A stretch of 63,983 bases of DNA from Octopus bimaculoides. Taxonomy: Eukaryota. Positions within the stretch are counted from its first letter, which is position 1; every line of letters begins with the position of its first letter. The stretch spans positions 13,693,407 through 13,757,389 of the forward strand of contig NC_068995.1 of the NCBI RefSeq assembly GCF_001194135.2, written 5' to 3'. The translations under genes and the position numbers were made by a program. Of the stretch, positions 37,423-50,275 are shown in pieces. Below the pieces are notes generated by a model. The model was not told the origin of the DNA and searched no databases. It saw only the letters and a program-made list of their open reading frames with translations.

Positions 37423-37517
37423 CTGTTGCACACATCTCACCAATTCTGATGATATGAGGCCAATGTTGAAGGGTTTTGGCAAAGAAAGGATTTGTTACTC
37501 CTAATATGACAGGAGGT
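37423..37517 (-). CDS. DENND6: DENND6 exon 8
   Basis: ttcag|[31 protein letters not shown]|gtatgt, 95 nt, phase 2/1. Confidence 0.97.
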
Positions 37518-38001
37518 CTGAAAAAAAAAAAAAAAATCCAAAAATTTCAAGTAATACTTGGAAAAAGGATTAAAATTAAATGTGTGTTTACATTTAAATC
37601 TACATATAAGAGGTTTGTATGTACACACACGTATGTATGTATGTATAGTTTTTCATTGAAATAGTGATGATTGTATGCACGCGTGCACGCACACACACAC
37701 ATACATACAAATAGTGCCTCCGGTTAGACAAGTGTTTGTTGTTGAATAACTATATATAATTAGGTACATAACATGGTTTCACACCCAACTGAGTTTTGTC
37801 TCTCTTCAATTCAAAGTCACTGAGCAGTGCTAACTGACATCAATTTGGATTCCAGCATGAAATGAAAGAATGGATTTAATGACATAGCAGTTGCTCTCAA
37901 ACAGAAGTGTTTTTATATTCATAAATATTCACACACAGGCATACAAGCAATTTATATTATGCGTACATATACATTTTACAATTATTTATACATATTAACT
38001 T

Positions 38002-38196
38002 TGTGCCGGTGGCATGTAAAAGCACCCACTACACTCGTGGAGTGGTTGGCATTAGGAAGGGCATCCAGCTGTAGAAACTCTGCCAAATCAGATTGGAGCC
38101 TGGTGTAGCCATCTAGATCACCAGTCCTCAGTCAAATCGTCCAACCCATGCTAGCATGGAAAGCGGACGTTAAACTATGATGATGATGATGATGAT
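38002..38196 (+). mobile_element. 5'-truncated RTE 3'UTR and tail, family E
   Basis: Near-identical to the 3' part of 30127-30370, with (GAT)n tail. Confidence 0.85.
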
Positions 38197-39413
38197 ATAA
38201 TATTTATACAAATATAAATCTATGTTTTATAAAAACATTTATATGTGTGTGTGTGTGTATACAAATTCATACATACATCTTATATCTAATCCATATATTT
38301 AATCTATTTTCCTATGTTTGTTTACATTGGATGGGTTTTCTTCAGTGCAGTGTTTTACCACTTGCTATCAGCTTTCACCTCTCATGTCATCCTTCTCCAA
38401 ATATTTCTTCCACTTGGATTGCATTACCCAATTTATTATCCTCCATATGCATCACATGGCTCTATTAGCTAAGTCTTCTCCAGCTCAAAAAATGTCAGGT
38501 ATGTTCTTTAAGGCTTTGTTTACATGTCTCACTAGGAAGAGAGCATTGGAGCTACATCATCTTGGCATTAAACCCAAACTGTCATCTAAGATAATTTTCA
38601 TTTTAAATAGTTGTGCTATGACGCTTTCTGTTACTTTCATAACTTGGTCTGCCAATGTATTACTACTGAAGTTTGTTATGTGTATTTTGTGCATAGCTAT
38701 GTGGTTAAGAAGTTCACTCCCAAACCATATAGTTTCTGGTTCATTCCCACTGTGTGGCATCTTGGGCAAGTGGCTTCTAACATAGTCTTGAGCTCACCAA
38801 AACTTTATGAGTGGATTTGGTAGATGGAAGCTGAAAGAATCCCATTGTATACATACATATACAGACACATATATGCATACAAACACATGTGTCTGTATGT
38901 GTGTATCATTGCATTGATTGAACTATCAGATGTTGTTATCCATTACTGGTGGCAAGGCACTTCCATGCATTGTTGTAGCTTTCAAATGATGTCACCTTGC
39001 TGGCTAGGCCAAATATGTATGCATGCATACATGCATGTGTGAGCATGTGTGTGTCCAAGCCTCAACATTGCTTGATAGTTGTAAACAAGTGTCAGTCACA
39101 GAAGCAATTTCCTTTGTTTCCAATCTTCTGTGAAAAACACGTCTGACCATAGGGAAATATTACCTTACTTGGCATTGAGAGGGTTTGTGACAGCAAAGGC
39201 ATCAGGTTGTAGAAAGGCTGCTTCAATAAACGTCTGAGCCATTTAAGCATGATAAAGTGGGTACTGAAATGATTATAAATATCTCATTGCACGGTTTCTT
39301 AGATTCTATCCAACAAATGTCTCCTGTAACAGTGTCAGATTGCCTAATCTCTTGTGAGTGAAACTGGTACAAAGAAACTGTATAGAAGTCTCAACTATAT
39401 GTCTGTATATGTA

Positions 39414-39448
<35 letters not shown>

Positions 39449-39540
39449 CATCATCATCATCATCGTTTAACGTCCGCTTTCCATGCTAGCATGGGTTGGA
39501 CGATTTGACTGAGGACTGCCCATATATATATATATGTAAT

Positions 39541-39899
39541 AGGTGCAGGCGTGGCTGTGTGGTAAGTAGCTTGTTTCCCAACCACATGGTTCCGGGTTTA
39601 TTCTCCACTGTGTGGTACCTTGGGCAAGTGTCTTCTACTATAGCCTCGGGCCAACCAAAGCCTTGTGAGTGGATTTGGTGGATGGAAAATGAAATATACA
39701 TATATGTATATATTTGTGTGTTTCTGTCTGTGTTTGTCCCTCTTCCATTGCTTGACAACTGATCTTGGTGTGTTTATGACCCCCGTAACTTAGCAGTTCA
39801 GCAAAAGGGTCCAATAGAATAAGTCCAGGGGTCGATTTCTTCAACTAAAAGGCAGTGCTCTAGCATGGCCACAGTCAAAATGACTGAAACAAGTAAAAG
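39541..39899 (+). mobile_element. Family A CORE-type SINE
   Basis: Head, CORE segment, microsatellite and tail all present, in the opposite orientation to most other copies. Confidence 0.85.
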
Positions 39900-39905
39900 C
39901 ATAAA

Positions 39906-39938
<33 letters not shown>

Positions 39939-40454
39939 GTAAAAGGTACCTGTGATGGTGGCATGTAAAAGGCACCCACTATATTCTTGGAATGGTTGGC
40001 ATTAGGAAGGGCATCCAGCCATAGAAACCAAGCCAAAATCAGACTGGAGCCTGGTGCAACTCTCGGGCTTACCAGTTCCAGTCAAACCGTCTAACCATGA
40101 TGATGATGATGATGATGATAATGATGTGTGTGTGCATGAATGTTTACATCCCACCTGTCTTTGCAGGACATCACTGAAGCAAAATGGTAATGCTGTGTTT
40201 ACTTCCCATATAAACAATACATCCTGTGGTTCTGGCAACAGGAAGAGGATCCAGCGGCCATAGAATACAGCTTCAATAAGTCTTTAACCAATCTAAGCCA
40301 GCATAGTAAAGTGGATGTAAACCAAATGAAGGTACCGATATACATAACTGAGTTATATGCAATAAATCTGGTACTGGTATCTAGACATTTTCAAATATGT
40401 TGATAGCAAATCTAATATCCAAACCTACACACACATACACACATACCTTTTATT

Positions 40455-41065
40455 CTTATCTTTTACTTGTTTCACTCATTAGATTATGGCCTTGCTGGGC
40501 ACTGCTTAGAAGGGTTTAGTCAAATCAGTCAATCCCAGTACTTATTTTTAAGTTGATAGTAATTCTATTATTCACATTTGCTGAGCTACTAAGTTACAGG
40601 GACTTAAACATACCAACATAGGTTGTCAAACAACACGGAGGGAGGGACAAACACATGCACGTGTGCACACACACACACACACACAATGGGCTTCCATACA
40701 GTTTCTTATTTCTTTACTGCCCAGAAGGGGCTACACACAGAGGGGACAAACAAGGACAGACAAACAGATTAAGTCGATTACATCGACCCCAGTGCATAAC
40801 TGGTACTTAATTTATCAACCCCGAAAGGATGAAAGGCAAAGTTGACCTTGGTGGAATTTGAACTCAGAACATAAAGACAGACGAAATACCGCTAAGCATT
40901 TTGCCTGGCGTGCTAATGTTTCTGCCAGCTCTCCATACAGTTTCTGCCAACTAAATTCACTCACAAATCATGGTCTGAAGCTACAATGGAAGACACATGC
41001 TCAAAGTGTCACACAGTGAGACTGAACCTGAAACCATGCGGTTTCAAAATGAGCTTCTTACCATA
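40455..41065 (-). mobile_element. Family A SINE interrupted by a family B SINE (40707-40931)
   Basis: 14-bp TSD TCCATACAGTTTCT at 40693-40706 and 40932-40945. Confidence 0.85.
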
Positions 41066-41129
41066 CTAAAAGAAAAAAAAAAAGAAACGAATTCGTTTGA
41101 TAAACTGATGCTAACAATAGGTTACTTAC

Positions 41130-41225
41130 GGAGCCTGCGTTCGTGTTGTGTATTCTTTGAATTCGCTGTCATGAATTGTGAAATATGGTCGGTAGTCTAA
41201 ACAGTAACGTAAAGGAGATATCAAA
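41130..41225 (-). CDS. DENND6: DENND6 exon 7
   Basis: ctag|[31 protein letters not shown](P)|gtaagt, 96 nt, phase 2/2. Confidence 0.98.
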
Positions 41226-41382
41226 CTAGAAAAGACAGAATCAACTTGGCAGTGTTTATGATAAAACAGGACATTCAGTTTCAATGGAATAATCATCACA
41301 AGAAAATTCAACAATGGAAAAACAATAAATAAATAAAAAAAAAAACTAAAAGAATAATCCAAGAACAAAAATGATCACTAAC

Positions 41383-41444
41383 TTCACTAATGCTTGTACT
41401 GTATTGGATGTGACTGTGGGTGATGCTGCCATTACTGCTATCGG
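41383..41444 (-). CDS. DENND6: DENND6 exon 6
   Basis: tcag|PIAVMAASPTVTSNTVQALV(N)|gttagt, 62 nt, phase 0/2. Confidence 0.96.
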
Positions 41445-42279
41445 CTGAAGAACAACAGAAATATGAATGAAAATAAGGAATAAAGACATAGTAACGGCAC
41501 ATTCATTCATTATAACAAGAATCTATAAACTCATCAATAATCTGTGTGTGTGTGTGTGGTACAGTTTCTCAATGACACAGAGATCAGGTATGTGTGTGTG
41601 TGTGTGTGTGCATTGGACTATTTCTCAATGACATAGGTCAGATGTGAGTGGTTAGAGCTTCACTAATTCAATGCAAACTGGTAACTCGTGTCCTTCACTT
41701 CTGACCCATCAGAGACAACTATGCAAATGACTGAATCCTCTCAGGCATGTCTCTCCAAATCAAAGACTCACTCCAAGTTCAAATTCTGCCAAGGTCAATT
41801 TTGCCTTTCATCCAGATCTCAAATGAAACACTTTACTTGGTCTTTCCTCCACAGGACTAAAATTCCTTCCCTGCACTTTCTTTTCCTGTAAAAATATTAG
41901 TTTAAAATTTTGGCACAAGGCCAGCAATTTCAGGGGCGAGGGTAAGTGAATTACATTAACCCCAGTTCTTAACTGGTACTTATTTTAGCAAGGATGAAAG
42001 GCTAAGTTGATCTCAGTGAAATTTGAACTCAGAACACAAAGGCAGACGAGATGCTGCCAAGCATTTTGCCTGGTGTGCTAATGATTCTGCCAGCTCACTG
42101 TCTTTTTTTCCCCCTGCAAATATTGATCTGCAAATGTTGAGGATGAACATCAATCAACTGCATAGATTTCACAAATCTAGGAGAGACTGAAAATATCATG
42201 GGCACTGCCCCTTCTTTATGCCTGACTGGCAAAGAAAACAAGTAAAATAAATGAAAATGTAAAAAGAAATATACCATAC

Positions 42280-42340
42280 CTCTCCTATGATCACAAGCTC
42301 CCATAACATTTGTACATGTGCTAAAATGGGTTGGAAAGCA
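42280..42340 (-). CDS. DENND6: DENND6 exon 5
   Basis: ccag|AFQPILAHVQMLWELVIIGE|gtatgg, 61 nt, phase 2/0. Confidence 0.96.
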
Positions 42341-42417
42341 CTGGAAAATACAAGAGAAAAGAAACACTTCAAAAACAGTTCTTATATATGGGGAGAGAAA
42401 CAAATAATTTAATGATA

Positions 42418-42891
42418 TTAACCCTATAATGCCTAAATTAAAATAATGGATAAAAACATTACAGGCGAGTCTAAAACATGAAAGAAAAGAATATTTACAA
42501 CCACTAGATATTTAATTACAATTATTTACATGCAATTATGTTGTTGAAATGCAAAGAATTCTTACACTTGTCTAAACTTAAATATAGTTTTTGCATTTTT
42601 CTTAAAAAAAAAATTTATGTTTGTAACATCAAGAATTATTGATTTCAAATTCACCACAAGGTCAGCAATTTTATGAGAAGGGATAAGTCGATTCCATCAA
42701 CCTCAGTATTAAACTGGTACTTATTTCATTGACCCTGAAAGAATGAAAGTAAAGTCGACCTCGGTGAAATTTGAACCCAGAATATTGAGATGGATGAAAT
42801 GCTACAAAGTATTTTGTCCAGTGTGGTAATGATTCTGCCAGCCCGTCGCCTTAACATCAAGAATTATTAACAAAAGGTGTTATAGGGTTAA
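42418..42891. mobile_element. piggyBac-type MITE carrying a nested family B SINE (42641-42852)
   Basis: TTAA-CCCTATAA...TTATAGGG-TTAA; the SINE is flanked by 16-bp TSD AACATCAAGAATTATT at 42625-42640 and 42853-42868. Confidence 0.7.
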
Positions 42892-44487
42892 ATATTTTTA
42901 TTATCATTAGTCTTGTTTAACTATTTCATTACTATTAAGTCTTGTTTAAAAGTTGTATATCTTATTCTGGAAGTAGCTTGGCTTTGATATCAGAACAGCT
43001 CCTGGGAATAGCTTGGCTATAATATTTAAGCAGCTTCTGAGGGTAGCTTGGCTATAATTACTCTCTGAGAGTGTAACAAGCTGTCATTCATGAGCAAGTA
43101 CAGCTTGAAAGCATGTAAAATGCTTTTGTTAATTATAACTGCAAACAGGAATAGACACCTTCTCAGCCTCTTCACTCTTGACCAGTGGCATAGCTAGGGT
43201 AAACTACAGCCCCTACAAAATCCACGATATTATATAGTACTTATTTGTTACAAGTAATTAATGTTTTAAAACAATATTTCAGGAATAAATATTTTTACCA
43301 GGGTTCATTTACCTGCCAATTTGGTACAGCCTGTAATTCAAAATATATTTTTTTAATGTTTAATTTTACGAAACCTCCTTACTTTAACCGTTTAATGTAC
43401 CAGCTTCCCTGATTGAAACATTAAAAAAATCTAATGTGTGAAATGAGATGTAATAAAAAAAAAAACAAGTCTCATCTTTCTTGCTTTTGATGAGGTGCTC
43501 CACTTCAATCTGCACCCTCCTTCAATCAGTGTCCGGGGCATGTGGATCACCCAGGATGTGAGGAAAGAGGGCAAGAAAGAGGGTAGCACCAGTACCTAGT
43601 TGGTACTTATTACAGCTGAGTAGACTGGAGCAATGTGAAATGGAGTGCCTTGCTCAAGGACACAATGTACCAGCTAGACCAGAGATTGAGCCCAGAACCT
43701 TATGATCATGAGCTGATCAACCCAGCCACTGGGCCACACACCTTTGCTATCCGAGAGTGTACAGGAAGATACACCGGAGTGATTTACAGTTATTTTCAAG
43801 GGTACTGGGAATTGGAGTTGCATGGTAACCTCACTACTGCTGGTTGCACAAAAATGCACTCAGTACATGCTGTAAAGTGGATGGCATTTACAGCAGTAAA
43901 AACCATGCCAAAACAGACACTGGAACACAATGCAACCCATTGGGCCCATCAAATTTTGTCAAAATGTTCAAACCATGCTAGCATGGAACGTGGGTGTTAA
44001 ATGATGATTATGATGAGGATGATAACATTTCAAACTACTGTGCCATGACACAAAAGTGTGCTGCAGACAGTCCAGGTATGTTATGAGTTTTTCGGGTGAG
44101 ATGGAAAATGCCAAGATATTTAGAAAACTTCAGAGTTTTTAATCTACAACACAAGTACATGTGTATTACATTGTGATAGAGTGCAATGTGTGCCCCTGTC
44201 TCTGTGTTAAAACAGGTTCAAAACTTCCTATTTTATATAATAATAATACAGGGCATTTTGTCCACTGCTCTATTTAATTTCACCAATGAGACACTATACT
44301 GCTTTTCATGATGACGATACATATGCCATAGGTTAAAATTTCAGCTTGAATGAAAACTATTCAAACAGCAAGAGGAGGAATACAGTTCTTCCTGAAGAGA
44401 GATGATGTTGCTTGTGTAGTATCCACATTTAATATTCAGTTCTAATTTGAAAGATGTTACTCTTTTGCAAGGTAGTTGCCTGAATAT

Positions 44488-44504
44488 AGATCGGAAGAGC
44501 GTCG
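44488..44504 (+). other. Illumina adapter remnant (assembly artefact)
   Basis: AGATCGGAAGAGCGTCG exactly matches the start of the TruSeq adapter read-through and abuts an N gap. Confidence 0.95.
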
Positions 44505-44569
44505 NNNNNNNNNNNNNNNNNNNNNNNNNNNNNNNNNNNNNNNNNNNNNNNNNNNNNNNNNNNNNNNNN
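44505..44569. other. Assembly gap (65 N)
   Basis: Run of N. Confidence 1.
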
Positions 44570-44734
44570 TATATATAGTAAAAACACTTGCCCATGATAT
44601 AGAACACTGGAATTGAACTTGCAACCATGTGGTTAGAAGAGAACTTCAGAACGACACATCTATGCTTATAGGTTACTTGAGAATACAAACTTCAACCCAT
44701 TGGGCTGAAATAAATTAAGGTAATTGTTACTTAC

Positions 44735-44790
44735 CTAAAAATATCAGCTTCATGTAGTGTTGGTAGGATTGTGTGTGCAGGTAGAGTAGG
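44735..44790 (-). CDS. DENND6: DENND6 exon 4
   Basis: acag|PTLPAHTILPTLHEADIF(S)|gtaagt, 56 nt, phase 0/2; compare human VILPTVHEVDIFR. Confidence 0.94.
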
Positions 44791-45997
44791 CTGTGGAAAA
44801 GAAGAGAATTTACATGAAAGTTAATATCAATGTTTTTTTGTTTTTTTTACATTGACTTAAGGCTTGATATTTCAAGGGGAGGGTAAAATACAGTTAACTT
44901 ATTCAGACTCAGTTCATAACTAGTATATATTTTTCTGACCAACACAAGTGTGAAAAGATAATTTTTACCAAAAGTGTAATCAGATACAGGTTATAGAAAG
45001 ATATAAGCTGACTGTAAGTCATTATATAATCCCAATTCATCACCTAAAAAATTTCAGTTGCACAAAGTATTAGGAGTATAAGATATTTTTTGTTAATAAG
45101 CAAACTGGTAGAATTGTTAGAGCATTTAAAGTATTCATCCCAGCTCATTAAATTCTAAAACCAAATTCTGCCAACTTTCCCTTCATCCCTCAGGAGTCAG
45201 TAAAATAAAGAAGCAGTCAAATACTGGGGTTAATGGTACTGACTTACCCCTTCCTCCCAGAACTGTTCTCTTAACCAGAGACCATAATTTAGTTCTGCCA
45301 CTTTCTACAACAACTATTTCTGCTACTCTTGTATCATTAGGTCATTATTAATAATGATTTCAAATTTTGGCACAGGGCTGGAAATTTGGTGGGAGGGAGT
45401 ATGTTGATTACATTGACCCCAGCAGACTTTGAACTCAGAACATGAAGATGGATGAAATGCCGCTAAGCATTTTGCTTGGCATGTTGATGACTCTGCCAGT
45501 TTGCTGCCTTACCTCATTATTAATAATGACCTTCATCTCAGTCTGCAAATCACTAACCAGTTTGATCAATATATTTTGGGCTTGGATGATGTTGTTCTGG
45601 TCAAGCTCTAGGTTAACACAGATTGACCAAATTTGTGATTAAGGACAGTGCAGGATTCAGACTTGGTGAAGTCTCAAGCTATATAAAACTTGGAGGCCCC
45701 TCGATAAAGAAATTACACTAGAAGGTTTTACAAAAATTTAAAATATGTACATGTATGGCTAAGGAGAAATATTACTTAGTTTGGAAACAGGTGAGGTTTG
45801 GCTATAGAAAATGTCATTCAGCCGTAGAAAATCTGCTTCAATGAAATCCATCTGACCCATGCAAGCATGGAAAAATGGATATTAAAACAATGATGTGCCA
45901 TTCAATTATTTTGAGGTCTGTGAAAATTCTGAGGACCTTAAATAGTATTACTTAGTGTATTCCTAATTTGGTATCTTTTTTTCTAGCGATGAGATAT

Positions 45998-46207
45998 TTA
46001 AACCTTTAGCATTTAAACCAGCCATATATTCTACTTGTTTTGTGTTCAAACTGACCAGATCTCACACCTACCCTACAATGTCATTCTAAAAATATACAAT
46101 CACATCATTGCTATCTTGAAGCTACAAGATAATACATGATTAATTAAAAGTAATGTGAATAAATAAGCATTACATTTGACAGAGTAATTTGAATGCTAAA
46201 GGGTTAA
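45998..46207. mobile_element. piggyBac-type MITE, family P1
   Basis: TTAA-ACCTTTAGCATT...AATGCTAAAGGG-TTAA. Confidence 0.7.
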
Positions 46208-46678
46208 AATAGCATTATCCAATGTGTCCTTCCTTTTTAATATGGTGGTATTAGAGATGAGGGAGATTAGGCAGCATTTTTCTAACTGGCTCCTCCATTG
46301 GTGATGTTTGTATTAGGGGACTGATCTTCAAAACATTTTCAAAATGCTTTAGTCAGAAATATAAACCCTTTTGTCACTATATTTCTAATGAAATACACTG
46401 CCCTTCAAAGAAATGAAGAATTTTGTAAAATAACTTTGCCATTGTTAAATTTGGTGTTTGGAATTTAAATTAGCATGAAATCTTGATGAGAGATTTTAAT
46501 CTAGATGATTTTCAAACTTGAAGTTTATATTACAAAATCAGGAGAGGCTTTGGGTAGGTTGGAGTCAAAGGGGGTGAAAGTGATTTCTATTATTGAAAGG
46601 AAAAAGTTCATGCGCATCAAAACAGACAGCAAATTTGAAAGATATTCATGAATGAAATAATGATGGAGAGATTCATAC

Positions 46679-46744
46679 CATTAGAGGTACTCTTGGCTGG
46701 TTAATGATTCCTACAAGTTTATCCGACCGACATGGTACTCTCAG
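46679..46744 (-). CDS. DENND6: DENND6 exon 3
   Basis: ttag|LRVPCRSDKLVGIINQPRVPLM|gtatga, 66 nt, phase 0/0; compare human VRIPTCHDKPG. Confidence 0.92.
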
Positions 46745-49270
46745 CTAAAAATATATGAGAGGAGATGGGTTAATATTTGCTGTATCAAATACAGGAATTA
46801 TAGGTGTTTCAATCTGAGGAAATAATTGGATTTGATTAAAAAGAGAAACAATACTATCGCATGTATGTGTGTGTGTGTGTGTGTGTGTGAATTGCCTGCA
46901 AAAAAAAAAAGATGGGGAGGAGGAGAGGATGACTTCTTTTGGCTATACTCAAGATTATTTCCAAGGGACTGAATAATGTAGAACTGGTTACGTTGATGAT
47001 GATGATGAAGCCAAAAGACCAAAGAAGCTGTAGTACTCAATAACAAAGAGACAGAATAACCTACAAGAGATGGAAGTTGACAGATAGTCACATGATGTGC
47101 AATACAATATAAAACTGAGACAACAACTAAAAAAAAAAAAAAAAAAAAATTTCTTTACAGCAGACAGCTGCTCTATCATAATAATGATAGTGTAGAATAA
47201 ATAAAACCGAGGGTTCAGAAATAGAAGGGTAAAGAATTCTTTTTTTTTTTCAAAAATTGTAACAACAAAACTAAAAATTTGAAAAAACAAAAGACTATCT
47301 CTTGTTTTTTTTTAGACTCAAGCTCTCACCCTCCACCACTTGTTAGATAAGTAAGTTGATGAGATTAAAGGATTAAATTATTGTTTAACATTCTTTATAC
47401 CAACATGCCTGAAGCAGTTCCTGGTTCTATGATAAAATCGTTCCATTTTAAATGGTTGGAATTTAAATTTAAATCTTCCATCATAGTTTTATGCAAAAAC
47501 ATATTGTTACATTATGTTTAAAAAGCCATTTTAACAATGACAAAATTAATTTAATTTATTAAACACTTTCAGTTGTAATATGGTTACAAAAGTGTGAAAA
47601 TAATGTTTTCCTATGTATAAAAAAAACGAAGACTTTATTTTAGAAAAGAACCTCATAGTCTTATGCAATGATTTGAAAAGTATAGCTAGTACTTATTTTA
47701 TGAACCCTGGTGGGTCAAAATTAAATACTATGAGACATTTAAACTGATGCTATAACCAACATTTTTGGCCTAGTCACCGCCCTAAAAAATACAGAAATAT
47801 TACAGACAGATCAGATGAATAAGTGTTCCATACAACTAAATGCCAGAAATGGAATAGTAGGCCAACGTTAATGTAATTATCAGGAATTTAGGAAAACTGA
47901 TAACACTGGAGAGGAGAATAAGAAAAATAATGAGTGTGTTTTGTTTAGTATTTTTTCACGAATGCATCATCATACAGAAGCAGATAGAGGAAGGCTAAAC
48001 TGTATGGTGGTCAGAGAATGGCTGAGATATTTCTGTTTACAGAAAATTATAATATCAACAAAGTGGGCGGATGAAAATGCCTAATGTAAATATAAATGAA
48101 GGAGACTAATTGGAAGATGTAATACTGTTAAGGATGATATACTCTATCTAGAAGATGGGTTAGTACAATCACAGCTGGCATGTATCTTCAGAATCAGGGT
48201 TCACCTGAGGCACATCAACAACAAATATTCATAGGTAATGAAGGAGCCGCTAGTCAGTTGCTTGATTTGCAAGAAATAGTAACTAAATCTCCCTCAAACC
48301 ATACCCCATCATCATGCTGTTATGAAAAATGAAATGTAAATAACTCCTCAGCCACAAAAAGGCATTTAAGGGTTTGTGTTTAGTTCTGGTTTTATAGTGT
48401 TAAGCAGTTGAGTTGGGGCTAACCTGGAGTTAAACAGAGACAACTACAACTAAAATGAAGGGCAATAAATATCAATAAATAGTTTTAAAAAACTGCCACC
48501 ATCGCCATCATCATTTAACATTCATTTTCCATACTGACATGGGCTGGGCAGTTTGATCAGAACTGGCAAGCCAGAGAGCTGCATCAGGCTCCAATTGTCA
48601 GATTTGACATGGTTTCTATGGCTGGATGCCCTTCCTAATGCCAAACACTTTACAGTATGTACTGAGTACTTTTCACGTGATGATGGCACAGGTGCTTTTT
48701 ACCCGGTACCAGTATGGGTGCTTGTTACATGGCACCAGCACAGGTGCTTTTGGTGCTGTGTGTATTCTCAGTTTTAATTTAAAGCTACACCGAAGTAGAT
48801 AAAAGAAGGCTAAATTGAATGGTAGCTAGAGAAAAGGTTGGATAGTTCAGTATGAAGAATACATTTATATAAATATAATTTCAGCAGAAGTGTGCTGATG
48901 GAAATACCTAAAGTATATACAAATGAGGGAGTTCATTGGAAGAGTTAAAGATAAACTATATCTAGAGGAAAGGTAGTACAATGACTACTGGCATGTCTCT
49001 TCTGAATCAGAGTTGACCTGGGGTTCAGCCATAACAAATAAATATTCAAAGGCAATGAGGGAGCCTCTAGTCAGTTACTTGATTTGCAAGAAATAGCAAG
49101 TTAATCACTCTCAAAGCACATATCGCCTTCTTAAAAATGGAAGGACACAGTTAATGTCTGAAAAAAAAAAAGAAAGAAAAAAGGAGATATGGTGACTGAT
49201 ACACTCCAATAATTAACTCTCCGAACATGATACCCATTCCTGACAGGCATATTAAGGCTTATTGTTACAC

Positions 49271-49523
49271 CAGTGGCTGTCAACTAGGGTTCACATGACC
49301 CTTAGGGATCCATATAAGATTTTCCTGTTAAAATTTATGTGCAATAAATTGGTTATATGTCCAGAATAAACAAAATATTTTAACAATTTTTATAAAAATT
49401 CTAATAATATTTAATTATAAAAATATAATAGGATTTTTTAAAAAATTGAATAGGTCTGAGGGTCCAGTAGAATAAAATAGGGATCAAAGGGGTCCATAGG
49501 CAATAAATGGTTGAGAACCATTG
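49271..49523. mobile_element. hAT/Charlie-like MITE, second copy
   Basis: CAGTGGCTGTCAAC...GGTTGAGAACCATTG; body homologous to 36330-36565. Confidence 0.65.
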
Positions 49524-50056
49524 TTGAACACTAAAGTGTTCTTGTTTAGAAATATTGGCTAAAGCTAAGCTTCTGTTCTGGTTAGGTTAGCAGCCAAGTA
49601 CACTGGAAAACGTGCTGGTAGTACAAAATTTGGGAGAGATGGAAAAATGACACATTCCATAAACAGCGATAAAAGAAAAATGGTAAGAATTAAATGTTAA
49701 ATTATTGATGCCACAAAGACTCTTGATCACAAGGACCAGTCCTTGTGTTGTAGTGGTTAGTGTACCTCAATACTCCTCAAGAGCTATGCCAGCATAGTGC
49801 AAGCTCTGGGTAAGGCCTGCCATGCTGGATAGATCAAAGTATAGAGTCCAGGCTAATATAGATTGCCTCTTCCTAAGGTAAAAAATAGGTTTGTTTAGGG
49901 CCAACAACCCCTACTTAGATAAAAAAAAAAAGTGTAGTTACTGAAGCATTGATGACAATTCAAAACCATGTAGAGGAAGGCCTTCCCTCAGGGTCCAGAG
50001 TAAAGAACTGTGGAAACAAATTGCTGGTGGCTTATGCTCCCTAGGAAAAGAAGGGC

Positions 50057-50275
50057 TTAACCCTTTGGATACCAATCCTCTTGAGAGGTTCTATGACAAA
50101 TTTTACTATTTTAAAGTGGTCTAAATTATAATCCTCCATCAAAATTTTATACTAATTTGTTCTGGACCTCAGCTTAATAATGAGAAAATTATTTTACTAA
50201 ATTCTTTAGTATTTTAAAAATTAATTGAAACAAAGGCAGCATATGTTGACAGAAATATGGTAACAAAAGGGTTAA
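50057..50275. mobile_element. piggyBac-type MITE, family P2
   Basis: Perfect TTAA-CCCTTT...AAAGGG-TTAA termini. Confidence 0.75.
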
